DNA of 64,000 bases from an uncultured Ectothiorhodospiraceae bacterium (GCA_945787715.1 CALZJE010000002.1:12417-76416); one strand, 5' to 3'. Positions 28,597 to 37,635 are shown, numbered from the stretch's first letter. Notes: a model not told the origin generated them from the sequence alone. Translations and numbers: made by a program.

Positions 28597-29469
28597 ATGC
28601 CAATTACCCCCGAGCGTTTTTTAGAGAATGTTGACTCACTTGTATCTCTACCTGATATTTGTTTTCGCGTAAATCAAATGGCAGATGACCCATCTTCGAA
28701 TGCTAAAGATATCGCTGACGTGGTAGGACAAGATCCAAATCTAACATCGCAAGTTTTACGAATAGCAAATAGTTCGTATTATGGTTTTCCGTCAAAAGTA
28801 GACACAATCAGTCGTGCAATTTCGGTTATTGGTACTCAGGATCTGCGTAATCTTGTCCTGTCAGCATCAGTAATAAATGCATTTTCCGTCAAAAAGAATG
28901 AATTAATCGACCTTCAAAAGTACTGGGCACATAGCTTGTTTACTGGTTTTGTTGCACGCCAACTTTCCCGATCTACAACAGCAAAAGTTCTCGATAAAGA
29001 ACGATTTTTCGTAGCAGGGCTACTACACGATATAGGTCAATTAGTGTTTAGTATGCAGGTACCTGAAATGATGCGTATTATTTTACATCGCGCTAAAGCG
29101 GATGTTGAGCCATTTTATAAAGTTGAAGAGTTAGTTTTTGGCTTGGGACATTGTGAATTGGGTGCGGAGTTATTAAAAAAATGGCAATTGCCGGAAAGTT
29201 TGCAAGCAGCAGCTCGATACCATCATGAGCCAGAAGAAGCTGAAGATTATTTGTTAGAAGTGAATGTTGTTCATATTGCAAATGCTATGGCTCATCAAGT
29301 GAATATTTCTGGTTTAGGTAAAAAAGAACAAGTCATAATTTCAGATGCAGCTTGGAATGTGACGGGTCTTACTGAGCAACTTGTGGTTTCTGCCGTGGAA
29401 AAAGCGAAAGTTGAGTTTTTGAATTCAATACCGGCATTTATCTCTCATTTAAAAGTAGGAAATCGGTAG
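28597..29469 (+). CDS. HDOD domain signalling protein
   Basis: LVSLPDICFRVNQMADDP...LLHDIGQLV...GHCELGAELLKKWQLPE. ATG 28597 (after GAGGA) is preferred over the track's GTG 28504. Confidence 0.8.
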   Translation: MPITPERFLENVDSLVSLPDICFRVNQMADDPSSNAKDIADVVGQDPNLTSQVLRIANSSYYGFPSKVDTISRAISVIGTQDLRNLVLSASVINAFSVKKNELIDLQKYWAHSLFTGFVARQLSRSTTAKVLDKERFFVAGLLHDIGQLVFSMQVPEMMRIILHRAKADVEPFYKVEELVFGLGHCELGAELLKKWQLPESLQAAARYHHEPEEAEDYLLEVNVVHIANAMAHQVNISGLGKKEQVIISDAAWNVTGLTEQLVVSAVEKAKVEFLNSIPAFISHLKVGNR

Positions 29470-29508
29470 GGAAAAAAATAGAATATATTGGGGCGTCGCT
29501 AAAAAGTT

Positions 29509-29538
29509 CAAAGGGAGTGATAAGTCGTTCCCTTTTTT
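29509..29538 (+). terminator. Probable terminator after the HDOD gene
   Basis: AAGGGA (29511-29516) and TCCCTT (29529-29534) form the stem, with a 12-nt loop, followed by TTTT. Confidence 0.45.
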
Positions 29539-29809
29539 GTTTCACTGATTATAGGTTTATCTTAGCTAAGAGAGCTATACAGCCGCTGATATCCTTTCAT
29601 TATTAACTGCTTTGATGTCAAAATATACAGCATCTAAACAGTCGCATATTAATCATTCAATATTTCTCAATTTATTAGTCCATTTTTAAATTAAATTATC
29701 TTCATTTACTAAATCTCATACACACACCAAAATATTTGTAGTATGGTATATAACCATTGTTACATGGCACATTTGTAGATATTTACGCCGTTTAATTAGT
29801 ACTACATTA

Positions 29810-30020
29810 GGAGGCTGTCCGAGAATAAAAAGTCTACTACGGAAATGCTGTTTAGATCGTATTTTTCGATCCTTTTCGGTGCATAGCTACGGCTATTCGC
29901 CTCAAACGATTATAAATCCGCCTAGACGTGCTTTCCTTCGTTACGTCCGCCATGGATGGTGGCAAGTGCCGGTTTTGCAGGAGCAATAAACAGGTCGACT
30001 TTTATTCTCGGACAAACTCC
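29810..30020. repeat. Structured intergenic repeat, copy 2 (inverted relative to 5678-5837, with about 50 extra nt)
   Basis: About 22-bp terminal stem GGAGGCTGTCCGAGAATAAAAAGTC / GACTTTTATTCTCGGACAAACTCC. Internal hairpins GATCG-N7-CGATC (29855-29871) and ATAGC-TACG-GCTAT. The core 29883-29911 equals the reverse complement of 5736-5764 at 27/29. Confidence 0.7.
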
Positions 30021-30111
30021 TAGCTATTAATGGAGAAGTGACGATTTCACTTTGGATATTGAGATCATGCTTTTTAAATATAAGTTAATAGAATTTAATA
30101 AGGAAACATGA

Positions 30112-30786
30112 ATGAATTTTAAAATATTGGCACTACCTTTGGTTTTATTGGTAGGTAGTAATGCACTTGCTGCGGACGCGAAGCTAAATACTGATAAGAA
30201 GAAAGTTAGCTACGCAATTGGTTTGCAACTGGGGAATGATTTTAAACGCGGCGAGCTAGATATCGATACTGCGGCATTGTTGATGGCGATTGAAGATATG
30301 ATGGCGGGTAAAACACCCCGTCTTACTGAACAAGAGCTAAATGACACGATGAATATTTTTCGTGAACAGCAGATGAAGAAACAATCTCAAGTATCAGATA
30401 AAAACAAAGCAAAAGGTGAAGCATTCTTGGCAGCCAATAAATCTGCGCCAGGTGTTAAAGTATTACCCAGCGGCGTGCAATATAAAGTTATTAAAGCTGG
30501 GTCAGGGAAATCTCCAACAAGCGAAAATTCCGTTGTTGCCCACTATCGTGGCACATTGGTTGATGGAACTGAATTTGACAGCTCGATAAAACGTGGTCAG
30601 CCCGCTACATTTCCAGTGACAGGCGTGATTAAAGGTTGGCAGGAAATACTACCGAAAATGAAAATTGGCGATAAATGGGAAATATATATTCCTTCTGAGT
30701 TGGCTTATGGTGTAAGAGGTCAGGGGCCAATTATCGGGCCTAATGCAGCATTAATTTTTGAAATTGAGCTGTTAGAGATTCAATAA
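30112..30786 (+). CDS. Secreted FKBP-type peptidyl-prolyl isomerase (FkpA/Mip-like)
   Basis: Signal peptide, an N-terminal dimerisation helix region (KVSYAIGLQLGNDF), and a C-terminal FKBP domain (GTEFDSS...PATFPVTGVIKGWQEIL...LIFEIELL). Confidence 0.9.
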   Translation: MNFKILALPLVLLVGSNALAADAKLNTDKKKVSYAIGLQLGNDFKRGELDIDTAALLMAIEDMMAGKTPRLTEQELNDTMNIFREQQMKKQSQVSDKNKAKGEAFLAANKSAPGVKVLPSGVQYKVIKAGSGKSPTSENSVVAHYRGTLVDGTEFDSSIKRGQPATFPVTGVIKGWQEILPKMKIGDKWEIYIPSELAYGVRGQGPIIGPNAALIFEIELLEIQ

Positions 30787-30804
30787 ACGATAATTCAAAA
30801 TAAT

Positions 30805-30841
30805 AAAAAAGGCGGTGAATATTCTCACCGCCTTTTTTTTA
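30805..30841 (+). terminator. Intrinsic terminator after the FKBP gene
   Basis: GGCGGTGA (30811-30818) and TCACCGCC (30825-30832) form the stem, followed by T9. Confidence 0.8.
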
Positions 30842-31320
30842 TGTTCCTAAAATGGTTTTAAAATCCCCGTAATTCTCCATGGTGTTTGATGCTAACGTCC
30901 CTGTTGCCGACAAGTGCTAAAACATAGGGGGTATCTTGATTATTGAGTTTTTTTAGATTTATTAAAAGTTCCCGGGATAAAAAAATTAAATTTCGTTTTT
31001 CCTCGCAAATCCTAATCAATTATTCTTTTTTTCAATTATTGTTTTAAATTCCACTTAAGTCGCAAGCGTCTTAGGCAGCTGATTACTCTACGCAAATTAT
31101 TTAAAGATTGGTACTTGTTATTGTTGATTAAAACTCTCAAAAACAGAAGCTTATGTGTTATTTTTTTTGATTTTTGACAATGCAATGTGAACCTTTTCAC
31201 AAACTCGAATTATGCCCAACTAATTGTGATCAAGTTGCCGTTTTCATGGCTCACTCACAATAAGAGGTGGACGAAAACTTAAGTATCAACGATTCAATTT
31301 ACTTATGAGTTTTCGCAAAA

Positions 31321-31698
31321 ATGATAAAAAATCTACCCCTTACGCTTTTAGTACTTATATCAACACTTCTTATTTCTTCTGCAGCAAGCGCCTGGTCTAA
31401 AAAAGATACCTATTGGCAAACTGCTTATTTGGCAACTCACATAGCTGACTGGGGCCAAACACTGGATATTGCGAGCCAATGTAACGGTGGCAATTATTAC
31501 GAAACGAATGTTGTAATGGGTAAATGTCCAAGTTCACAAACAGTGAATACTTATTTTTTAGCAACTGCATTATTACACTACAGTATTGCACACTCTTTAC
31601 CCCCGAAATATCGCAGAATGTTTCAAGTAGGGACGATTGGTATGGAGCTAAGTTATATCTCAAACAATGCGAGTATTGGTCTTAACGTTAAGTTTTAA
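31321..31698 (+). CDS. Hypothetical secreted protein (125 aa)
   Basis: Clear signal peptide (LLISSAASA-WS), two Cys residues, and a C-terminus ...IGLNVKF. I recognise no family. Confidence 0.5.
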   Translation: MIKNLPLTLLVLISTLLISSAASAWSKKDTYWQTAYLATHIADWGQTLDIASQCNGGNYYETNVVMGKCPSSQTVNTYFLATALLHYSIAHSLPPKYRRMFQVGTIGMELSYISNNASIGLNVKF

Positions 31699-31804
31699 AT
31701 CTCTTCACTGAAATCACTGAAAAGCATTTTGAAAATTTAACAATCTATTTTTGACCAGGGATGGTTGCTTTAAAATTCTCAATAAAAACGCATTCAAAAT
31801 ATTT

Positions 31805-32542
31805 TTATTTCACTCTTGGATCAAACAAGTCTATCCCATCTTTAGTTGCAATAATAAAACTTGGTTGTCTTTCCCAATCACCTAAAACATATCGCTTCGC
31901 ATTCTTTCCATTCGGTAGATTAAAATCATGAGTCGCAGGACGGTGGGTGTGACCATGAATCATTTGTTGAACATTATGTTCTGTCAAAAATGCTTCGATG
32001 GTTTGCTGATTGGCATCCATTATTTCATTTTCATGATTAACATTAGCCGCTCCATGATTTTGACTGACATCGCGCGCTTTTTTTGCAAGTGCAATTCGGT
32101 CATCCATATTCATACTTAAAAAATACGCTTGCCAATTGGGATCACGTACTGTTTTACGAAATGCCAAATATGCCTGATCATCGCTACACAATAAATCACC
32201 ATGAGTTAGCAAAGTTCGCGTACCATATAAGTCAATAACTGTTGGATCGTCTAATATTTCACATCCTGTTAATGCTTCAAAATCCTTTCCGATGAGGAAG
32301 TCTCGATTCCCATGTATGAAAAAAACAGGAATATTTAAATCATTTAAACTTTTCAATGCTGCTATAAAAGGTTGATGAAGCCGAGTTATTGCATCATCAC
32401 CAAGCCAATATTCAAAGAGATCTCCCAGAATATAAACCGCTTCTGCTTTAATGCCTTTTTCTTTAAGAAGTTGCAAGAACTGACCTGCAACTTCAGGTGT
32501 TTCTGGAGAGAGATGTACATCTGATATAAATAAAGTATACAT
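31805..32542 (-). CDS. lpxH: UDP-2,3-diacylglucosamine diphosphatase
   Basis: Calcineurin-like metallophosphatase motifs (ISDVHL, GDLFEYW, GNRDFL, HGHTH). It lies downstream of a cyclophilin gene, as in E. coli. Confidence 0.9.
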   Translation of the reverse strand: MYTLFISDVHLSPETPEVAGQFLQLLKEKGIKAEAVYILGDLFEYWLGDDAITRLHQPFIAALKSLNDLNIPVFFIHGNRDFLIGKDFEALTGCEILDDPTVIDLYGTRTLLTHGDLLCSDDQAYLAFRKTVRDPNWQAYFLSMNMDDRIALAKKARDVSQNHGAANVNHENEIMDANQQTIEAFLTEHNVQQMIHGHTHRPATHDFNLPNGKNAKRYVLGDWERQPSFIIATKDGIDLFDPRVK

Positions 32543-32551
32543 TGAATACTG

Positions 32552-33169
32552 CTACCCTTGATTAGCTGCAGATTCTACAGATACTTTTAATATTTCGACT
32601 GCTTGCATGGGAACATCTTTACTAAACTGACCGCCACGGGCTGTTTTAACTTTTCTAATTTTGTCTACCACATCCATTCCTTCAACAACTTTTCCAAAAA
32701 CGGTATATCCCCAACCGCGAGTTGTTTGTGATCGGTGATCAAGAAACTGGTTATCTACAACATTGATAAAAAATTGAGCAGTTGCCGAATGTGGATCTGA
32801 AGTTCTAGCCATAGATATGGAGCCACGCACATTTTGCAAGCCATTATTAGCTTCATTTTTAATCGGTTCGTTGGGTTTTTTTTGTGTAAGCCATCGGTTG
32901 TTGTCTAGCTCTTTTGTGAACCCCCCACCTTGAATCATAAAGTTTGATATAACTCGGTGAAAGATGGTTCCGTCATAAAATCCTGATTTTACATAATTAA
33001 GAAAATTATCAACTGTTTGAGGCGCTCGAGCGCTGTTTAATTCAAGTACAATGTCACCCAACGTAGTCGACATTCGAACTTTTGGAGAGAGTTCATCTGC
33101 AATTGTTGAATGCGAGTAAAAAAAGAACAAACACATTAAAACTATTAACACGTTTTTAGCTCTGATCAT
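32552..33169 (-). CDS. Cyclophilin-type peptidyl-prolyl isomerase with signal peptide (PpiA-like)
   Basis: [15 protein letters not shown] and other cyclophilin motifs, with a hydrophobic N-terminus. Confidence 0.93.
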   Translation of the reverse strand: MIRAKNVLIVLMCLFFFYSHSTIADELSPKVRMSTTLGDIVLELNSARAPQTVDNFLNYVKSGFYDGTIFHRVISNFMIQGGGFTKELDNNRWLTQKKPNEPIKNEANNGLQNVRGSISMARTSDPHSATAQFFINVVDNQFLDHRSQTTRGWGYTVFGKVVEGMDVVDKIRKVKTARGGQFSKDVPMQAVEILKVSVESAANQG

Positions 33170-33386
33170 TTAAGTATCCTTTGGGTTGTAATAATAAACA
33201 AAACGCACACATAACCTTTATGGCTGAATATTATACAAAGTGTTAGTATGCAGTTGAAGCTGTAACTCTCACAATGAAGTAGGCAAGTGGTCATGAATTC
33301 TATCGTAGTGCGTAATTTATTGAAATATTGAATCCATAATACTTTATGAATCAATTGTTTTTTTTAGGTCTTATCCGGAGTCTGAT

Positions 33387-35669
33387 TTGAAAGCCCCTTC
33401 CATTAAATTTTCTCGTTGGCGTAGAATTATTTATCCCTTTCTTATTCTCTTCCTTATATTTTCGTTTTTCTTTGTTTCCTACATGATAAAACTTGATAAA
33501 CAGGTAACTGAGCAATTTGAGGGAAAACGCTGGGAAGTGCCGTCAAGAGTCTACGCGCGCCCATTGGAGTTATATGCTGGGAAGGTTATTTCGGTTGATC
33601 AATTATTGTTTGAACTTCGATTGCTACGTTATGAAAAATCTACCGATAATGATATTGGCAGTTATCTTCAACAAGACAACAAAGTTGCAATTCACACCCG
33701 CCCATTTAATTTTTGGGATGAGAATGCACCTTCTATCATGCTAGAAGTGACATTTAAACGGAACAAGATTCTCTCTATTAAAGACACTAACTCACAAGAA
33801 GAGCTTGATGTTTGGCGATTAGAGCCATTATTCATTGGAGGTATCTATCCAAAAATAAATGAAGATCGTGTTCTATTACGCATTCAAGATGTGCCGGAGA
33901 CTTTAATAAATACACTTCTTGAGGTTGAGGATCGCCATTTTTACGAGCATTTTGGGGTTGCTCCGCTTTCAATTATACGTGCACTTGTGGCAAATATTCG
34001 TGCGGGTGGGCGAGTGCAGGGCGGGAGCACACTGACACAACAATTGGTGAAAAACTTCTATTTAAGCAGCGAAAAAACAATTACGCGAAAACTGAATGAA
34101 GCGCTCATGGCATTGTTGCTTGAGTTTCATTATTCAAAAAACGAAATTTTAGAGGCCTACCTAAACGAAATTTATTTGGGACAAGATGGCAGTCGAGCGA
34201 TTCATGGTTTTGGTTTAGCGGCTGAATACTATTTTGATAAACCACTTGAGAATCTGGATGAAACTCAAATTGCATTGCTGGTAGGATTAGTAAAAGGTGC
34301 ATCTTACTATAATCCTCGCCGCTTTTCTGATCGAGCACTTAAACGACGAAATGTGGTATTGATGGTTCAGGCAAGAGCAGGAATAGTCGCGGAAGAAGAT
34401 CTGGTTGAACTTAAAGATTCGCCACTAAACATCAGTAAATATGGCCCAAGTGGCGTTACAAAATATCCTGCATTTATGGATCTTGTGCGCCGTCAGCTAA
34501 ATAAAGACTATCGCCCTGAAGATTTAAGTAGTGCTGGCTTGAGGTTATTTACCACTATAGATCCTCTCGTCCAATTTGAAGTCGAAGAGAGCATTGATAA
34601 ACGGCTACCAAAGTTAGAACAGAAAGCTAAGTTAGAAAAAAATGTATTGGAAGCGGCTGCGATGGTAACGGATGCGGGCTCAGGCGCGGTACGGGCACTT
34701 GTAGGGGGGAGAGAGTTTAGAGCATCTGGGTTTAATCGTGCGTTGGATTCACATCGTCATATAGGATCTTTAATAAAACCTGCTGTCTATCTTTCAGCAT
34801 TGCAACAGCCAGAGCTTTATCGTTTGAATACAACATTGGAAGATAGCGCGATTACTATTACTATGGAAAATGGTTTTCAATGGTCTCCAGAAAACTATGA
34901 TAAGCGAGAGCATGGTGATGTTGCACTGATTAGTGCGCTGGCCAATTCTTACAACCTTGCGACAGTGCGACTCGGAATGGAGTTGGGCTTAGATAATATC
35001 AGTCACACATTGCATGCACTGGGAGTAGAGAGAGAAATAGCGATTTATCCATCAATGTTGCTTGGAGCAGTGGATATGTCTGTTTATGAAGTTTTAAAAA
35101 TGTATCAAACTTTGTCTGCTCAAGGTTTTCAAACGCCTGTTCGCGCAATACAAGCTGTCACATCAAGCACGGGTGAAGTATTAAGCCGCTATCCCATTAA
35201 TGTGGAGCAGACGCTCTCATCAGAGGCGGTTTATTTATTGAAAACAGCACTACAAGAAGTAGCAAAGACAGGAACTGCTAAAAAGATTTATCGCAGAATG
35301 CCACAATCATTTAGTGTGGCGGGGAAAACGGGGACAACTAATGATTATAGGGACAGCTGGTTCGCTGGCATGACGGGAGATAAAGTGGCAGTAGTGTGGT
35401 TAGGTGCAGATGATAACCAATCAATTCGATTAACCGGATCATCAGGGGCACTACCAATCTGGACAGATATTATTTCCGCCACCGCAAGCCGTTCGATGGA
35501 TATCCCAATTGCCGAAAATATTATTTTTAAGCGTTCTTCTGCTATTATTCATACTAGCGGCAGCGTAAAATGTGTAGAAAATAAAGTGTTTCCTTTTATC
35601 TGGGGAAGTGTTCCCTCAAGATTAGAAGAGCCACCATGTACTGAGGATAACCTGCTTACTAATGATTGA
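33387..35669 (+). CDS. mrcB: Penicillin-binding protein 1B (bifunctional glycosyltransferase/transpeptidase)
   Basis: N-terminal TM helix, UB2H-like region, GT51 motifs (EDRHFYEHFGV, GGSTLTQQLVKN), and transpeptidase SxxK (GSLIKP) and KTGTT motifs. TTG start as in the track. Confidence 0.93.
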   Translation: MKAPSIKFSRWRRIIYPFLILFLIFSFFFVSYMIKLDKQVTEQFEGKRWEVPSRVYARPLELYAGKVISVDQLLFELRLLRYEKSTDNDIGSYLQQDNKVAIHTRPFNFWDENAPSIMLEVTFKRNKILSIKDTNSQEELDVWRLEPLFIGGIYPKINEDRVLLRIQDVPETLINTLLEVEDRHFYEHFGVAPLSIIRALVANIRAGGRVQGGSTLTQQLVKNFYLSSEKTITRKLNEALMALLLEFHYSKNEILEAYLNEIYLGQDGSRAIHGFGLAAEYYFDKPLENLDETQIALLVGLVKGASYYNPRRFSDRALKRRNVVLMVQARAGIVAEEDLVELKDSPLNISKYGPSGVTKYPAFMDLVRRQLNKDYRPEDLSSAGLRLFTTIDPLVQFEVEESIDKRLPKLEQKAKLEKNVLEAAAMVTDAGSGAVRALVGGREFRASGFNRALDSHRHIGSLIKPAVYLSALQQPELYRLNTTLEDSAITITMENGFQWSPENYDKREHGDVALISALANSYNLATVRLGMELGLDNISHTLHALGVEREIAIYPSMLLGAVDMSVYEVLKMYQTLSAQGFQTPVRAIQAVTSSTGEVLSRYPINVEQTLSSEAVYLLKTALQEVAKTGTAKKIYRRMPQSFSVAGKTGTTNDYRDSWFAGMTGDKVAVVWLGADDNQSIRLTGSSGALPIWTDIISATASRSMDIPIAENIIFKRSSAIIHTSGSVKCVENKVFPFIWGSVPSRLEEPPCTEDNLLTND

Positions 35670-36153
35670 TCAAAATTCTAGATTTGTATATTTAATCATC
35701 TGTTTAATTGCGATATCTGCATGCTCAACTTCTGGTAAGCGCTCGGATACAATTTCAACAATCAATGACGGAATACTTGTTCCTGACGCAACAACAAAAA
35801 AACAAGAATCCATTATTATAAGGCCGACAAAAAAGACCGAATTTATCTCAAAACCTGTCGTGCGCAATTTATTAAAAAAGGCGAAAATACATAGTGATGT
35901 AATGGACTATGATTCAGCTATTAATTTACTAGAACGAGGAATCGCCATTTCACCTAATAATCCAATTTTATGGCAAAACATGGCGGCGGTGCGTTTGAAA
36001 CAAGGTGATCTGGCACAAGCTAAACAGCTAGCGATGAAATCCAACGTCCTGGTTGAAGCAGATGAAGAATTGCGTTCGATTAATTTACAGTTAATTAACG
36101 AGGCAAGTCGTCGAGAGAAGGTACAGAAACTGGGTGGTTCTGTGCTTCATTAA
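35662..36153 (+). CDS. TPR lipoprotein, LpoP-like candidate PBP1b partner
   Basis: Lipobox LIAISAC, a linker, then a TPR unit (YDSAINLLERGIAISPNNPILWQNMAAVRLKQGDLAQAKQLA). It overlaps the mrcB stop by 8 nt. Confidence 0.6.
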   Translation: MIDQNSRFVYLIICLIAISACSTSGKRSDTISTINDGILVPDATTKKQESIIIRPTKKTEFISKPVVRNLLKKAKIHSDVMDYDSAINLLERGIAISPNNPILWQNMAAVRLKQGDLAQAKQLAMKSNVLVEADEELRSINLQLINEASRREKVQKLGGSVLH

Positions 36154-36158
36154 CAATG

Positions 36159-36434
36159 TTATCGTTTTTTTGAAGGTTTTTTTTCTTTAGAGATCAGACT
36201 TATCGCTTGCTCGATAGCATCATCCACTTTGCTCTCCATTTCTAACCGTTCTTCAGGTGAGAGATAAAAAATCATGTCTACATCAAAGCGGATGTAGCGA
36301 GGTGGCAAATGGTTTAAGGTTACACAGGCAATATCTTCCAGGTGATCTTCATCTAATGTTTTCTTCCCTGTTTTTAGTATGATGCGGGAATAGACAATTT
36401 TTTCATAGTAGTTATGTACATTGGTGAAAGCCAT
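36159..36434 (-). CDS. ComFB-family (late competence development) protein
   Basis: 91 aa. NVHNYYEKIVYSRI...DIACVTLNHLPPRYIR matches my memory of the ComFB domain. Confidence 0.6.
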   Translation of the reverse strand: MAFTNVHNYYEKIVYSRIILKTGKKTLDEDHLEDIACVTLNHLPPRYIRFDVDMIFYLSPEERLEMESKVDDAIEQAISLISKEKKPSKKR

Positions 36435-36712
36435 GAATTTCCTTTATTGAAACATTAATTCATTAAAACCGACAACTATGCAAGAAACGCATCAGGTTTT
36501 ATCTTGAGGGATAGATTAATTAGGATGAAATAAATTGATAAACCGTTGATAACGGCACAATCCTTTCATGAGTCTATCGTTGTTATTAATGATTTTATTG
36601 CATACTCAAATGACTGCTTTTTCCTTATAAGTTGGTAGTCATCTTTCAGTGTCACTTGATTCTCAATAATGAGTAACAAGTAGGATATGAAGCAAGAATT
36701 AAAGGAGTTTAA

Positions 36713-37147
36713 ATGAAGAAAATTCCAGCCATTAAATCAGTAATGACGGCTTTTCCTTATTGGATCGACATAGGTGATCCAATACCTAGTGCCGAAAAGA
36801 TGATGAAAGAACATGATATTAGCCATCTTCCCGTCAAGCAAAACGGTAATTTGGTTGGCGTTATTGCGCATTATGATATCGAGCAGGCCAGAGCAAATTT
36901 TGAAGATACTAATAAAATAAATGATATGACAGTTGCTGATATCTGTGTACTTAACGCTTACATGGTTGGCCTTGATGAACCACTTGATAATGTGGTTTTA
37001 CATATGGCGAATTATCACATAGGTTCCGTATTGGTAATGCGGAATGATCGATTGGCAGGTGTATTTACAGTAAATGATGCGTGTCGTTGTTTTGCCGACT
37101 TTCTTCGTTACCAGTTTAGGCCTAAAAATGGTGATGATGTTGCGTAG
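36713..37147 (+). CDS. CBS-domain pair protein
   Basis: 144 aa with two CBS repeats (HDISHLPV..NGNLVGVI and IGSVLVM..DRLAGVFT). Confidence 0.8.
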   Translation: MKKIPAIKSVMTAFPYWIDIGDPIPSAEKMMKEHDISHLPVKQNGNLVGVIAHYDIEQARANFEDTNKINDMTVADICVLNAYMVGLDEPLDNVVLHMANYHIGSVLVMRNDRLAGVFTVNDACRCFADFLRYQFRPKNGDDVA

Positions 37148-37167
37148 TACAGAGTGTTTTCAATTGA

Positions 37168-37542
37168 ATGATTATTAAACTTATTCACATTTCCACGGTA
37201 TTTATTAGTTTTCTATTTTTTACGACAAGATTTTATTGGATGATTGTAAATCCATCATTATTAAAATCACGATGGGTGAAGATCTCTCCTCATGTTATAG
37301 ATAGCTTGCTTTTGGCCAGTGCTATTGTTTTAACCATTCAAATCTCTCAATATCCGTTTGTAGATGCTTGGTTAACTAGCAAAGTTCTGGCGTTACTTGC
37401 ATATATCGTTGCTGGAAATATTGCCTTGAAACGGGGTAGGTCAAAAAAGATTAGGATTGTAGCGGGGATTGTTTCTATACTGATTTTTTTGTTTATGATC
37501 AATGTGGCTGTCACTAAAAATGCAATGGGATTTTTAGGTTAA
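37168..37542 (+). CDS. SirB2/YchQ-like small membrane protein
   Basis: 124 aa, 4 TM helices, N-terminus KLIHISTVFISFLFFTTRF. Confidence 0.55.
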   Translation: MIIKLIHISTVFISFLFFTTRFYWMIVNPSLLKSRWVKISPHVIDSLLLASAIVLTIQISQYPFVDAWLTSKVLALLAYIVAGNIALKRGRSKKIRIVAGIVSILIFLFMINVAVTKNAMGFLG

Positions 37543-37544
37543 GC

Positions 37545-37598
37545 CTAGAAAAAGTAGTTGAGCTAAGAAATATTGCAATGTCCAATTACTTTTTCTAG
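37545..37598. repeat. Long AU-rich hairpin belonging to a CTAG-centred dispersed repeat
   Basis: The arms CTAGAAAAAGTAGTTG (37545-37560) and CAATTACTTTTTCTAG (37583-37598) form a 16-bp stem with one G.U. The reverse complement of 37543-37563 matches 17436-17455 at 19/20. Confidence 0.6.
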
Positions 37599-37602
37599 TT
37601 TA

Positions 37603-37635
37603 ACCAAAGGCCTTTATCGTTACTACATAAAGGCC
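37603..37635 (-). terminator. Intrinsic terminator of rne
   Basis: GGCCTTTAT (37609-37617) and ATAAAGGCC (37627-37635) form the stem, 13 nt after the rne stop. On the minus strand it is followed by UUUGGUU. Confidence 0.6.

Noticed and set aside
29810-29835. GGAGGCTGTCCGAG resembles the 5' end of a tRNA-Ser/Leu.
   Set aside because: No D-loop, anticodon arm, T-arm (GTTCGAATC) or CCA context follows. The sequence is the terminal stem of the structured repeat.
23410-31804. The loosely packed 8.4-kb stretch considered as a horizontally acquired island, prophage remnant or defence locus.
   Set aside because: There is no integrase, transposase, tRNA attachment site, direct-repeat boundary or recognisable defence or toxin-antitoxin genes. 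By eye its composition does not differ from the flanks. It is better seen as a junction between two conserved housekeeping blocks.
33166-33354. A 62-aa ORF upstream of the cyclophilin gene.
   Set aside because: It is Cys/Ile/Phe-rich with no SD, and it occupies the divergent promoter spacer between the PPIase gene and mrcB. It is most likely spurious.
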